Numbered from the stretch's first letter, positions 35,698 through 49,409 are shown. The stretch is DNA of 64,000 nucleotides from Calcarisporiella thermophila CBS 279.70 (GCF_041956535.1 NW_027192201.1:424206-488205), one strand, 5' to 3'. The notes: generated from the letters alone by a model not told the origin. Translations and numbers: made by a program.

Positions 35698-38600
35698 ATG
35701 GTGAAGAGACGTAATCAAGAAGAAACCAGTACACCCACCTCGAAGCGCACGCGTAAGACAAAATCAGCTTCAGAGGACGTTACTGAGGAGGAAGAGGATT
35801 ACGAAGACGAAGAGGACGAATTCGTTGAAGACGGGTTGGGTAAATTGATTGTAGAATTACCATTAACTATTATTGAGACTCACCATTGGCACTTTTAGTC
35901 CCAAAAAATGCAAATCTGGAGCCAAGCATTCTGAATCAAGTGATCCAACATGCTCCTCCTCGTAATGACATCCTTTCCAGCATTTTTGGATCTGAGGATT
36001 ATACCTATTTAGATCTGAAGCCAGATCACGCTTCGCGGCCATTATGGATCAGCCCACAGAGTGGCCATATTATATTAGAAGGTTTCTCTCCCATTGCAGA
36101 GCAGGCGCAAGATTTTCTAATAGCAATTAGTGAACCAGTTAGTCGGTAAGTTGTTTGATAACAATCTATTGGATTTAGTATTGATCTTGTGAACTCCCTA
36201 AAGACCAGCGCATATCCATGAATACAAACTAACCACACCATCACTCTATGCAGCTGTCTCTGTTGGCCTTGAAACTGAAGCCATTATTGAAGTGCTAAAT
36301 CGTCTATCAAAGGTACGTTGGTTGTTAATCTTTTTGTAATATCCTACCATGAATTGAAAAACATGATTTTCCGATTGCTTGAAAATCCCAAGGTCGCAAT
36401 CCCAGAGGCTATTGTACAATATATTAGACAATGTACCATCTCATACGGCAAAGTAAAACTCGTGCTCAAGCATAATCGTTATTTCGTCGAATCCTCCTAC
36501 CCAGAAATATTGCAGCGTCTGCTTAAAGACGATATTATTGGGCGCGCTCGCATAATGGAAACGGACAGTAAAGGCGCGCTATCCACAAACCTGCTTACCG
36601 CTAAAGCTCCAACCGCTAAGGATCTATCCATTCCCGGAACGGGAAAAACGGATAAAAAAAAAGAGGAAAAAAATCAAGAGGAGGGCGAGTCTGCAGAGGG
36701 AGAGACTGCCGCAAATGAAGAGGATGATTTATTTAATGCGGTTGTCAGAATAGAAAAGGAGGATGAAGAAGACGAGGAAAGCGATCAAGTTCATTCATTT
36801 GAAATTGATCCTACATCTGTTGAAGTAAGCTTTGAATCAAGATCCTAATTGAAATAGAAGCATATTTTGGTGTTGATTATACTTCTACATAGCCCGTCCG
36901 CAAGCGATGTACAGAGCTTGACTATCCGATGTTGGAGGAATACGATTTTCGTAATGACTCCGTCAATCCTAACCTTGAGATCGATCTAAAACCACACACC
37001 ACTATTCGACCGTATCAAGAAAAGAGTTTGAGCAAGATGTTTGGCAATGGGTATGTAGAAGGCATTCACAAGACCTATCGAAATTGTACGGACAGGGCTT
37101 GAAATTTATCTTTCTTAGACGCGCTCGTTCTGGGATCATTGTGCTACCGTGCGGTGCAGGAAAAACGTTGGTGGGAATTACCGCTGCATGTACGGTCAAA
37201 AAGAGTACTCTAGTTCTCTGCACATCTTCGTAAGTAATTAGAAATGGCGACCCTTTTGCACAAAATTTTCTTAATTAAATTATTACATAGTGTATCGGTG
37301 ATGCAGTGGAAACAGCAATTTTGCCAGTGGTCTAGTGTAAAGGAGAATCAGATTGCAGTATTTACTTCTGAGCAAAAGGAGAAGGTATTCATATCACTTT
37401 TTATTTGACATTTAAATTGTTGGTTTGGTAACCATTTAAGTATTCCACTATTAGTTCTCTGGGCAATCAGGCATTGTCATCTCAACCTATAGCATGGTTG
37501 CTAATACTCGCAATCGCTCCTATGAGGCGCAAAAAATGATGGATTTCTTGACCTCGCGGGAATGGGGACTCATTCTGCTAGACGAAGTGCACGTTGTGCC
37601 TGCAAATATGTTCCGTCGGGTGGTGTCAACCATTGCTGCCCACGCAAAACTTGGATTGACGGCGACACTGTTACGTGAAGACGAGAAAATTACCGATCTT
37701 AACTTTTTAATTGGACCAAAATTGTATGAAGCAAACTGGATGGATCTGGCCAGTCGAGGGCACATTGCCAATGTGCAGGTGAGCCTCAAATATTATGCTG
37801 GCACGGTTTGCAAGTATAAATCATTTATTCTTTTTTCAGTGCGCTGAAGTGTGGTGTCCAATGACACCCGAGTTTTACAGCGAATATCTACGAGAGACCT
37901 CACGTCGTCGGACCCTCCTCTATGTGATGAATCCGAAAAAGTTCCAAGCCTGTCAATACCTTATACGCTATCACGAAGAACGGGGTGATAAAATCATTGT
38001 GTTCTCGGACAACGTATATGCTTTGGTGGTTCGTATTCTTAATTTAAAGTGACACTTCCAAGAATGGAAATACTGAGATAGATCTCCAATCCACTGTTAA
38101 TAGGCTTATGCGACCAAGTTCAAAGTTCCCTTTATTCATGGCGGTACTCCGCAACAAGAACGTCTACGTATTCTCCAAAACTTCCAGTATAACCCGGTGG
38201 TCAACACGATCTTTCTCTCGAAAGTAGGCGACACGTCAATCGATCTTCCAGAAGCGACATGTCTTATCCAGATATCATCTCATTACGGATCTCGGCGTCA
38301 AGAAGCACAGCGGCTGGGGCGCATTCTTCGAGCGAAGCGAAGAAACGACGAAGGTTTCAATGCATTTTTCTACTCGCTGGTGTCGCGGGATACACAAGAG
38401 ATGTACTACTCGACGAAGCGCCAGCAGTACTTGATCGACCAAGGGTATGCTTTCAAAGTTATCACCTCACTTGAGGGCATGGAGACGCTACAAGACCTCG
38501 TCTTCACAACGAAACAAGAGCAAATGGAGCTGCTGAAGACGGTGTTGGTTGTATCGGAAGACAAGCTCCAAGAAGATCTAACCCCTGATCCGGATGACAT

Positions 38601-38814
38601 CACCAAAAGCACAGGATCTGCAAGACGACGAATCACTGGTGCTGCCGCAGCGAAGCGCATGGTCGGGAACATCAAGAGTTTGAGTGGCGCCGACAACATG
38701 GCTTATGTTGAGTATAGTCGGCCGTCCTCATCGGCTGCCGCAGAGGGTGGGCGGAGAAAGACGGAAAAGAAAGAGCAGCATAAGTTGTTTAAGAAGTGGA
38801 AAAAGGGTTTGTAG
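35698..38814 (+). CDS. SSL2: TFIIH XPB/Ssl2/Rad25 DNA translocase; multi-exon
   Basis: [93 protein letters not shown]. Confidence 0.97.
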
Positions 38815-39152
38815 ATAGAGTGCTAATACAAACTTGCCCAATATGAGGCTGAGGCGGTCATAGTTCTCTTTCACGAGGAGATAACAATACAAATGCGTAA
38901 CAATACATATGAAATGTATATACGGTACCATGTATACATTTCATATATAATTATTATTTCATTTGATCGCTTTGTTGAATTTATTAACTGGACATAAAAA
39001 AATGAAAAGAAAGACAAATGAATGATTGTATGAATGAACAAAAAGACCAAAGAGCTGAATGGAAAAGAAAAATATACACAAAATATATCTACTCGCACAG
39101 TATATATATATAAAAGATTTATTTAAACAGAATTGTCAACTAGCTAATTGTA

Positions 39153-41063
39153 TTACTCCAATTCTAGTCTCTCTTCACGCACCCAAGGATGCTGCCACAT
39201 CCCTTCTACAGTTAAGCGCTTTGCAGGTACGGGATGCAATATTCCTCTCACCAACCCCCGGGCCTCTCTGCTGATGTTGGCCTCATCAGGGAAGGAGAAT
39301 TCAGCCCTTGCAATCCGGTGCAAGAGGGCACGCTTTGTGTCCCCGTATCCTGTTGCGCTTTGCGGTGTGGTTGGGGTAGCCGATGGGGGGTTGAACGGTA
39401 GGCGGCCAACGAGCAATGCATACAGAATGACCCCCAAACTCCATGAATCGGTGAGGCGTGCATCGTATGGCCGACCCAAGATCAACTCTGGTGCAGCATA
39501 TTCCTCTGAGCCACAGCGGGTTTCAAGCATCGGATTAGACGGATCAATGAAACGCCCCAATCCAAAGTCGGTTAATTTAATGTCTATGTTTTCGCTCTCG
39601 CTCGGACGGGCAGTCAAGAGTACATTTTCTAGCTTTAGGTCGCGGTGTACTATGTTGTGGCGATGTAAGTACAGGACTGCAGAGACAAGGCGGGCAAAGA
39701 GAGAACGGGCAAGCGATTCGGGCAGGCCAGACGGGTGAGATACCACGAGGTCGAAGAGCTCGCCTCCTGTAACATATTCCAGTACCAGAACAAGATGCTC
39801 GGGCCCTTCGAGCTTGTCTATTAGGTGCACCACACGCTTATGGTGGATATACTAGAAAAGTGCGTATCAAAGTAATTAGCAGCTGTGAGCACAAGGAAAG
39901 CTGAACCACAAGATAAATACCTCAAGCAGCTCCATCTCCCGCATCACGCTCGCTTTCATGCGCTCACTGGCCTCAATCCCGCTCTTATTGACCATCTTAA
40001 GTGCAACCATTTGTCTCTGCCCATATGGTGTGGGACGCGAGTCTACAGCAAGTTTTACAGTCGAGAACGAACCTGTGCCCAGCGACTTCAGAATATGATA
40101 TGGTCCAACTGCCGTGTCACTTATCGATACTTGCGCAAATGGTCGCGCTTTCTCATCCATGGTCACCGCTTCCGAAGCGAGAAAACGTATAGATGAAGGT
40201 TCTACTTTGACATTTGGTTCGGGTTCGATTTCTGAAGGTGGTGATGGCGGCGGTGCATAATCGCGCTGAGCAGCGTCTTTAGTTTTACTTTTAAATAAAT
40301 CGCCCTCGTTTAACCTCGGAGGTAGGGATATTTTGCCCACTGGTATGCTTTTCATGCCGGAAGGCGTCTGGGGTGAGAGTGTCAGAGGACTTGGCAAGCT
40401 TTGGAGTGATACTTCATCTTCCGAGAGCACTCTCCTGAGTCTGGAAGACTTGTGTCGCAGATTTCTACCATTTCCCGGAAGCTGTGGTCGAGCATCCTCG
40501 ATATTGTCTACCTCCATGCTCTTGCTACGTGAATGATTGCGTTTTACAATGGAAAGGGTGGGAATAATAACATTTTTAAAGAGCGGAATGTTGATCCGAG
40601 GAGGAGGAACAGCTCGGTGCATACCAGGGGTGGTCGGTCGTTCTTCTGCCTTCCTATCTTCGCTACTGACGGGGTAGGATGGCACTGGTTCGGTAGATGG
40701 ATAGGGACTTGATCTTCGTCGTGTGTGATTCTCTGCCATCGTCGGTATACATGAATGAGTGTGGGATCTTCGCCACGGTAGCCGGTCTTTCCCGCCAAAA
40801 TGCTGTGGTCTTGTCGTGGTGGTCACCGACGGGAAGGATGAGGTAGAAGCAAAGAGGGGAAGGGGACTCACACGATCAGACGAGATATCTTCCACACAGG
40901 GAAATGCATCCAACTTATTATTGGATGGAGAGGCCGGTGTAAGGGTGTGAAGACGACTCCAGCGGGCGAGCTTGTGTTTGAGTTTGTCCAGAGATTTAGT
41001 TTGATCCAAAGGAATGTCGGAATGAACCCCTGCCATTTGATCAGCAGAGAAAGGTTCTTTCAT
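39153..41063 (-). CDS. Ser/Thr protein kinase, CAMK group (Prr1-like), with long disordered N-terminus; 2 exons
   Basis: LGTGSFSTVK, VALK, HRDLKLEN, DFG, TRCGSEEYAAPE, DSWSLGVILY. Confidence 0.9.
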
Positions 41064-41675
41064 GTGTCAGAAAGATTTGTCGAAATGTAGGAAAGTGATG
41101 TACAACAAAATATTGGAAAATGGAGATAATGGAGAAAGAAGGAGAAAAAACGATCAAATAGATGTGGGGAAGGAAAAATTAGATGAAATCCTATTTTAAA
41201 TACGATGACAGAGTGAATAGGACTAAAGGAACGCACAGAAACTAAAGAAAGTGAGAATTTTTTTTTAATTTATAATTAAAAATTTCTCATGTATATCCCC
41301 ACTTATCGTCAACTTGTCTCCATTATATCCGTTTGAGAACCCATATTAATACGGTCCCTCTCTTCGCAGGATATTTGTCGATGAGGGGAGAAGTACCTAA
41401 AGAAGATAATATTAATACATTTTAAAACACAATGATCAATGCCATAGCACTTTAGAAAATATTACCATATTTTCTACCTTAGGGTAAATGTAAACTCCCC
41501 CAAAACCTGTATAAAGGAATTTTTCTCCGTTAGGTATTTTGTACGCACCAAACTTCTTTCCCACAAAATTCGCTCATATTATCTTAAACTTCTGGCTTTC
41601 CTATATTAAATAGCTGCACTTCGCTTTTGCCTGCTCCCATTTTTTTCTCTTTCAATTGAATCCAATCCTGAAATC

Positions 41676-41947
41676 ATGCCTGTCAGCACAAAACTTCTTC
41701 TCTGGTAACCACTACTCGCAAAGCCCTTTAGTTCTCCATTTTCTAAAATGTTTTGATTAGGGCTGGAATCCCTGTAGCTGGGGCGGCAACCTATGGAGTC
41801 TTGCGACGCCGCCTAAATTCAGACGCTGATCAGCGATTTATGATGCATGCTAAAGGAGAAGAAATGACAAAACTCCAACAGGAATGGCATAAGAAGAATC
41901 AAGGGCTAGGTTTGCGCGATGTTGGGCGGAGTGGAGGAGGAGTGTGA
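41676..41947 (+). CDS. 71-aa microprotein; exons 41676-41704 and 41761-41947
   Basis: MPVSTKLLLWAGIPVAGAATYGVLRRR...GLRDVGRSGGGV*; canonical 56-nt GT-AG intron restores frame; pyrimidine-rich leader upstream. Confidence 0.7.
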
Positions 41948-42679
41948 TTTTCATGGAGGGAAATCTGACAACACACCTTCCTTAATGATGCGAGCTATCT
42001 TTTATACCTGGTGCTATGGGGACTCTCAATTTTTTTTTTCTTATTTTCACTAGTACATGTTCTTGTGTGTACTGGTTATGGACTCTTCTTCTCTTTCGTG
42101 TATTAATGGATCGCAGTTTTCATGAAATAATAAAAAGTCATTCCAAAACCAATAGCATACCAAATTATTTTCTTCATTTATATACAATGTCTATGCATGC
42201 TACTCCTTATAATTAGAACAGAAGCACTGGCGATAAGAACGAAGGGGCCATTTATCTGGAGAATGCTTAAAATATGGGAATTATTGAGCTTACCAGGATA
42301 GCGCCACCCACGGCAAATCGATCGGTTAAAAAAACGCGTTGTATTTTGTACTCCTTCACTTCACCTCTATATCAAAGAAAAAGACAAGGAGACGAAAAGA
42401 AGCTAAGGAGAAAAGACTTGCTGGTCAAGTCAATTCTTCTGATCCACCCGAAGCCACCGGCTCTCCTAATTATACATACCAAGCGACAACCTCAACAGGT
42501 AATTCATAGAATTCCTTTCTAAAAGTCGCATATATTTTTTCGTGTTTTGAAATAATACAACTATATATATATTAAGCCGATACTCCCTTTATTCTAGAAC
42601 TATACTATTACGCGCGGATATCCTTAACGCTGCTTTTTTTCATTCCGTCTTTTTTTTTTATCGTTCTGTCCTCAGAACT

Positions 42680-44704
42680 ATGGGGCAATTAAATTCGCAT
42701 CCCAATGAACCTTGTTACCGAACCCCTTCATCTGAGCCTGGCTCCTGCTCTTCTGAGGACTGCCCACCCCTTTCTCAGGAAAACCTTTTAGATATCCACT
42801 GTTCTCTGGAAGGAACCACCATTAAATCCTTAGGTGCTTCTAATTCGCTTTCTGAAGCCTCCATAGATAAGCCCGATTACTCAATGGAAGAAGACATCGA
42901 CTCGTGCCGATTCGACTCATTTGAACACGATTCCGCCTCTGTAGATAATTGTAGTAAAGAAAGAGAATTCGTATGGAGTGGACTAAATCGCATCTCCATT
43001 GACGGAAAAGATTCATATGATGCGTTGATCCGCGAATTAGGTGTGAAGTACGATGATAAAGAGGAAATGGAGCTTAGCTCTAAAATAGGGTGTCAAGTCG
43101 GATCAGGCGTAGGCAAGAGGGAAGCTTGTCAGGTAGAAACGGCGCTTAGTGGGCTATCAGTGCATCCATGTTGCAGACAATTAGAGCAAAACATAAGTAC
43201 AAAAATCGTGACATCGATTGGGCATTCCAACTGGACCCCACGTCCTTCGAAGGACACTGCAATGGTGGATGCAGGCCCGCACAGAACCGAGAAACCGATT
43301 ACTGAAAATGTCAAAATCAGTAGGATTACTGTTGATGAGAATATGCATCTGCACACCATGCTAGCGCAGGAACTGCAGGTATTAACTAACGAGCAGGACA
43401 TCTTATCCTCTCCACATTTACATATCCCTGGAGAACATATAAATCCAAGAGCGGCACAACCTTTGGAGAACGATGGTATGGCTGGAATTGGGAGTGAACA
43501 GAACCCTGGATGGCGGATATTCTCAAAGCCGATATTCTCCTCCCATGGTAGCACGCAATTTCAAACTCAGGATCAATCCCCACATTTTCAATCCAACCAA
43601 TTTCATGTACTTGAACCCCACCAGGACACAGATGCTCAAGCTACGGAGGCCGTAGCATCCTCATCAAATGCATATGATCAAAATCCCCACGAGATTTCGC
43701 CCTGCCAAATGCCTGTAGAATGTGCCAACAACCACAATAACTATGAGGAGACCGTGGATGACGAGCTTGTGAAGGAAGTGCTAGAGATAAAACAACGACT
43801 GGATTCAAGAAGCGGTCCATTTAAAATGTCGCATATTTTACGGGATCAAGACTATGGTAAGAATATAGATGTGGTCTTGGCTGCGTATTTAGCGAAACAG
43901 CTCGAGGAGGATATGAAAGTAGAGGAAGCAAAGTGCCAAGCAGAAAACGCGGATGTTGGGAAGTTCGCAGTTTCATCACCAAAAGGCAATGAAAGCACGG
44001 AGAGCAACCAGGAGCAGGCAAGAGATGCACGGTCTTTTACAATAACCAATCAGGCTATCGAAGAATTGGTTAAAGAAGTGGTGCTCGATCGAAAAGCTAG
44101 TTTTTCTCGAACAACACGATCCCACAACATCTTTTCCGCTAATACTGCGCAGCTTCACCAGGCGATTCGCCCTTCGAATGGATCTCAGTCAGGAAAGTTA
44201 AATACATGCATGAAGGATGTTCCAGTCAGGGAGATAAAGGCACGCACACTAGTTAAAAGCCTGAGATCGACACCTCTTACTGAAGCCATGCCTATCAACA
44301 CTAAAGAGGGAGTCGAAATGAAAACTTTGGGTTCAATGTCAGATGCTGCCCTCTCTTCCTCCAGCACAACCTCCTTTGACACGATAGATGCTACCTCGTC
44401 ATCAACCCCCAACACTGCTTCTACGTCTGGCGACTTTGATCACGTCTGTGCCACAGCCACCCCCATTCCCTCCAGAACCCAGCTCCATCTGTCACAAAAA
44501 TCGCGCCGCATTTCAGCAGAATACATCTGTCCATTTTGTGACTATGATATCCTCTTTCCGGGGCATGGATCATTCTACAGTTCTCGCAGAGATATATGGC
44601 GTATGCGACAAAAGCTTGGACTTAGCAGGAGAGGATTACGAGCTAACCGTAAGACAAGCACAAGGAGAGAGGGCTTGCGTGCAAGGGCCAAAGAAGGCGA
44701 ATGA
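42680..44704 (+). CDS. Uncharacterised 674-aa, largely disordered protein with C-terminal CxxC motif; probable 5'UTR intron 42499-42675
   Basis: Long uninterrupted ORF; YICPFCDY followed by a basic tail; no recognisable domain. Confidence 0.7.
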   Translation: MGQLNSHPNEPCYRTPSSEPGSCSSEDCPPLSQENLLDIHCSLEGTTIKSLGASNSLSEASIDKPDYSMEEDIDSCRFDSFEHDSASVDNCSKEREFVWSGLNRISIDGKDSYDALIRELGVKYDDKEEMELSSKIGCQVGSGVGKREACQVETALSGLSVHPCCRQLEQNISTKIVTSIGHSNWTPRPSKDTAMVDAGPHRTEKPITENVKISRITVDENMHLHTMLAQELQVLTNEQDILSSPHLHIPGEHINPRAAQPLENDGMAGIGSEQNPGWRIFSKPIFSSHGSTQFQTQDQSPHFQSNQFHVLEPHQDTDAQATEAVASSSNAYDQNPHEISPCQMPVECANNHNNYEETVDDELVKEVLEIKQRLDSRSGPFKMSHILRDQDYGKNIDVVLAAYLAKQLEEDMKVEEAKCQAENADVGKFAVSSPKGNESTESNQEQARDARSFTITNQAIEELVKEVVLDRKASFSRTTRSHNIFSANTAQLHQAIRPSNGSQSGKLNTCMKDVPVREIKARTLVKSLRSTPLTEAMPINTKEGVEMKTLGSMSDAALSSSSTTSFDTIDATSSSTPNTASTSGDFDHVCATATPIPSRTQLHLSQKSRRISAEYICPFCDYDILFPGHGSFYSSRRDIWRMRQKLGLSRRGLRANRKTSTRREGLRARAKEGE

Positions 44705-45284
44705 TGTCCACTTCTTTAATCTAACCTATATATCTACCCCTCAATAAGCGGCTGTACTCGTTTTACTCTATGTGAATCTTTCTGTACGATAAAAAGTTGC
44801 CGAGATGATGTTTAAATACCTTGAGGCCTATTTCAGTAGATCAATGTAGTTTATTTTGTTTTTCTAATCTCCCTTTTCTACATGTCTCATTATTTCATGC
44901 TTATATCATCAGTTCATCGGTGAGTTCGTTAGCTCGCCCCCTATCTTCAATAGCAAATAATGGAAGAACGACGTATTCACATTAGAGCCAAGGGGCCATA
45001 TATTAGTCAGATTTGGTTTTGCAAACAAGAAAGGCACCGGAATAATACGTGTGTATAAATGTAAGAGGAAGCAAAAAGTAAGACATACTTGATAAACGAT
45101 TGAAAAATGGGAGAATCAAATGCAAAAAAAAGAAAGGCATACATACATAAAAAATATTAAGAACTTGTGTGTATTTATAGGTTAGGGAATTGTATTATTA
45201 TTATATATTATATATATAAATGATAAAGTTGGTATCCAAACAAATTGACAAAAAAAAAAGACCATTGAATTACGAATCCTTAGC

Positions 45285-48200
45285 CTAGGAATTCGAAGTA
45301 ACCAGTATCAAGTCCTGCTCCGACCTGGAACGTCTACCCACGCCTCCATCTCTTTCCTTTTGCTGTAGCTGTTGCTGGAAGCGTTGCTTTACTGAGCCAC
45401 GACGGAAAGGGTTCATGATCAAAGTCTGTCTGTCACCGGCTGGGGACTCGGAAGTGGATGCTGAGGTTCGTAGGGACGGGAAACGGATTAGACCGCCCAG
45501 CCCACCTTTTCCATCGCCAGTCCCACTAACCCCGCCCACCACCCCTCTGTTTGAGGAGGGATAAGACGAGGCGTTTGGCGAGCCCCATCCACTCCCCACC
45601 ATATCTTCAATGAAGCCTTGTCGTGCACGCATCTGGGGTGCCGATATTTTCGACGCTTTGTAAGCTGCGTTCTCGCCCCCAATCACTTTAGCAAGAATCC
45701 AGGTTTTCAGCTCGCTTGCCTTGAAGATGGGAGGGTCAGGGAGCGGTGGCCCAAAGGCGGGGACCTCATCATCAACAACCACTTCGACACGATAGTAAGC
45801 CTCGGAAGAACTATGGGGCTCAGGGTGAACGATAATGAAGACGTGGAGGAACTGGGACTTGATCATCGCGGGATTAATCGGCTGGCGACCCTCCACAAAA
45901 ATGATACACACAATATCTAATCGGGTAAAAACGACAAAAGATTCAGGTCAGCATTCTCTCCTCAATCACCACATTCAAGGCGTGTTTACCGTTTCCGATA
46001 TGCTTTTTGCGTGCAACCTGGTACCGGTCGCCTTGCTTCCAAGGTAACAGTGTGCTTACATGGTATGCGATCTCAAAGTCCCCCCATATTTGGTTCCAGT
46101 ACATCCATCTCCCACCCTCCTCACCTCTTGTATCCAGGCCACCTGCCCATCCATTCCATCCATTCAGCTCCACTTTCCGTCCCACCACTTCGTCCAAAAA
46201 CCGGTCGAAAGCCTCGCTCCCCTCCTTATTTCCAAACCACTCTGCCTCAGTCTGCTGCCCAGGGGCCACATATAGAACGCCAACCTTGTACTTTCGCGTA
46301 TACCGCATCTCATCTAGTCTAAGGAGCTGGCGTTCGAACGGATCGGAAAAGAGCGTGTGCAGTCGCGCTGTCGCGAGCTGCGGATGTGACATCTGAACAA
46401 CCGTGTCCCATATCAAATTAGAGGGGGTGGAGGTGGAGAGCAGGGAGGCAGAGGATTCACGTCGACGGGAGAGAAAAGATCGTGTAGGCGGGGGAGAAAC
46501 GGCCCATTCGGGAATGACAAGGCGGATATCCGGGAGCTAAGGGATGGAAAACCATTTCATTCTAGCTACAGCACTCAACATTATAAGGTATGCTGGCCTT
46601 GCATACCTCTTTTCTGCGAACTATTAAGCGAAACTGATAATGCATTTTGGGCGGAGCGGTCGAGTCCGACTGCAATTGAATCTTGGTAAGCGGCTCGCGC
46701 ACTACCGAGACGATAACCGGGCCGAGGCCCTCGACAACCCCGCAATAAGTGCGATGCTCTATCAACGGTTTACATTGTTAATGCCCTCTGATGATCATGG
46801 CACATGCCTAATAGAAATCTCATTGCAAACCTTTTCCTACAAAATATTGTCTAAACCACTGACACCCGAGGTCCAAATGCTCAATGGGCCATTCCGAATA
46901 GTTCATCGGCTCCCTCTCAGGGCGAGAATTGGCCCACGGCTCTTTCTCCTGTGTGCCATTGGACTCGGTCGGATCCCAGACTCGGTTTGGCCCCTCGACT
47001 CTGTAGCCTTTCATTGGGAAAGCCATTACTCTGGGGCCCTTCACAAACTCATCAACACACTCTCGCACCCGGTCCTTAACTCGGTTCACAGCATCAGGCA
47101 GGCTCTCCCCCAAGCCATCCTCCCATTTCTCGAAATGTTTTGTTAGACACGCCGATGCGTGGGCAAGAGACATGACGTTCACCCCACTAAAGGAAAGTAT
47201 TGTGCTGAGCCTTTCACAGATGTCGAGCACCTCTTCCGCAAGCGCCAGCTCTTTACCGGTGCTGGAAATAAGCATGTCACATCTTGTCGCAAGCGTCTTG
47301 TGTAACGCAGTGACAGTGGTGATAGTAAGGGCATCCGCTGGCTTTATTGGAGGGACTTCTTGATCACTAGGGAATTCACCATTAGCCAGAGCACCATGGA
47401 GTTCTACGCTTCCTTCGCCCAACAGATGGCCTCCGCCCCTTTCCACCTGAGTATTGTCAGAAAAGGGCCCCTCTTCAATAGCATTATTGCCCTCACCAAA
47501 AACATATGGATCTCTTCCTTCCCTCTCATCCCCCTCAATTCCCTCCTCAATTCTATTCTCCACGGACAAAAATGTCAAGCGTTTAAGTGCATCCTCCAGC
47601 AAAGATTCTTCGACACTGCCACTCTCTGCTTCCGCTGAGAATCGACTTGGAGGTAGAGAGAGCCTCCTGTTGGCAAAAGTGGGTGTCTTCTCGGGATCAC
47701 AAACAAAAGATCCTTCAGAAGCGAATGTCTGCTTCTCTGCGTTGCCGACATTCAATTTCCCCGGCCTTCGTTGAGTCAGGTTCTGCCTTGTGGCCGTGAT
47801 GGGGCCGGAGAGAGGATCAGACTTTGCAAGAATTGTCGGGATTGATGCATTCGCTTTTTTTTCTCCCTCGACAGGGTCAACCGGCTTTCCGAAGCTAGCT
47901 TCTTCAATGAGTCCAGTGAGAGACTCATCAGCAGGTAGAGTGGCCAGCCTCGCACCTGGGTTATTACTCAGTTTCCTTGTGCTGTGCAGTGCAGGAGATG
48001 ATTGTGATTTGGTACTCCGTGATGAATTTCTTCGCGAGTATCTGATTCCGAAAGCTTTTGAGAGCGGGTTTGATGTTGCATGCGAGGGTGGTGGATTGCC
48101 CCCGTTTTTACTATTGGGTTTATTAGAATGTTCTGTTCCTTTGGCAGACGATTTTGAAACATGAGAGGGCTGCCTCGTTAGTGCTCCTCGCATAGTTTCT

Positions 48201-49409
48201 TTGATACTGGCAAAACGGACCGCCAATCTTGACATCGTACTACTTGTGGTGGATTGCCCCGACTGCAACGATTCTAAAGAATCGCGCCGAAGAATTTCAA
48301 AATCAGACCGAGCAGGACTAATGGGAGGGGGCAGGGACGGCTGCGCAAAGGAGAAGCAGGAGGCGAAGCATTTATCCGAGAAATTAAATGTGGTGCAAGG
48401 AGAATGAAGGGTGCTGTTGACGATAGTTTTGCTTGAATCGGAAGATGATCCCGGGAACGAGCGAGGTTCTTCGCGAGTGGCCGGAGGCAAGTTCAGAAAA
48501 CTATTGCTGCTTCCTCCACTTACGCATTTAACCTCATCCTCGGATGCATTTTGTGGTGAGAATGGCACGTTGGCTGAAGGGTTGATTGCCGCAGGGTCTG
48601 AGCCATCTTGGCTCAGACCGATATATGAAGACCGGCCGGGCAACAGAGATGGTGCCCTCGGCTGATCGCAGCGTGAATGAGAGGACTTTTGGCGGGGCGG
48701 GGGAGGAAGAGCTGTAGAGACGAAAGAGGCGACCGATTGTCGTGCTGACGTCTGGGAGAGCGACCCGAGATCAACTTCCATTTCATAAGGGGATGGAGAC
48801 GAGAGAAGCCATTCCTCAAGTTCTTGGTGATTAATTGAATAACGTTGGCAGTTATCGGAGTCAATTGTGTTGGTATTTTCTCTGCTAGTGTCTTGAGCCG
48901 AGCTTTGTGAGAATTTTAGTGAAGATGCTTTGTTGCTCTCTACACAGGAAATAAAAGTTGTACACTTGAATGTCCATATAAACCGTATTTATAGGAAAAA
49001 CAACAGACTTACCTTTATCGCCGTCGCATTTCCGTGGTATGTGCTCGATACAATATGGAAAACCACCGCATACGACAAAATTGTCGGACGAAAGTGCCCG
49101 TTTACAACAGTAACATGCAAAGCACTGGAGAAATAGGCTGGAGAGGTTCAGTATTAGCAATATCAGCCGGGAATAATAAGACACTCACGGAAGGATGGTA
49201 GACACGATTATTGATTGAGACGCCATCTAACACAACACTAGATTAAAGTGTATGAGCATACAATAAAAAAAACGCGTCCATTAGAACCAAGTATCTTTTT
49301 TCGGATGAAACAATTTTAACATGGATAGTAATAAATCTGAAAATGCAAACAATCACAAAGAATATTCTTACAGTAGTTTCCCACATGCAGCGCATTTCTG
49401 GGGTGGCAT
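45285..49409 (-). CDS. Rap GTPase-activating protein with N-terminal LIM domain; multi-exon
   Basis: RapGAP motifs YKVGVLY..PGQ..E, GW.GGLDT, EIAYHVSTLLP, RKKHIGND (Asn thumb), IKSQFLHVFIIV, VPAFGPPLP, K.I.GENAA; LIM assembled from exons 49409-49372, 49237-49189, 49124-49013. Confidence 0.9.

Noticed and set aside
42618-42628. ATATCCTTAAC, resembling a U12 5' splice site or branch point
   Set aside because: Lies inside a GTAATT...CAG U2-type 5'UTR intron, ~47 nt from the acceptor; no matching AC acceptor; CTTAAC works as an ordinary branch site
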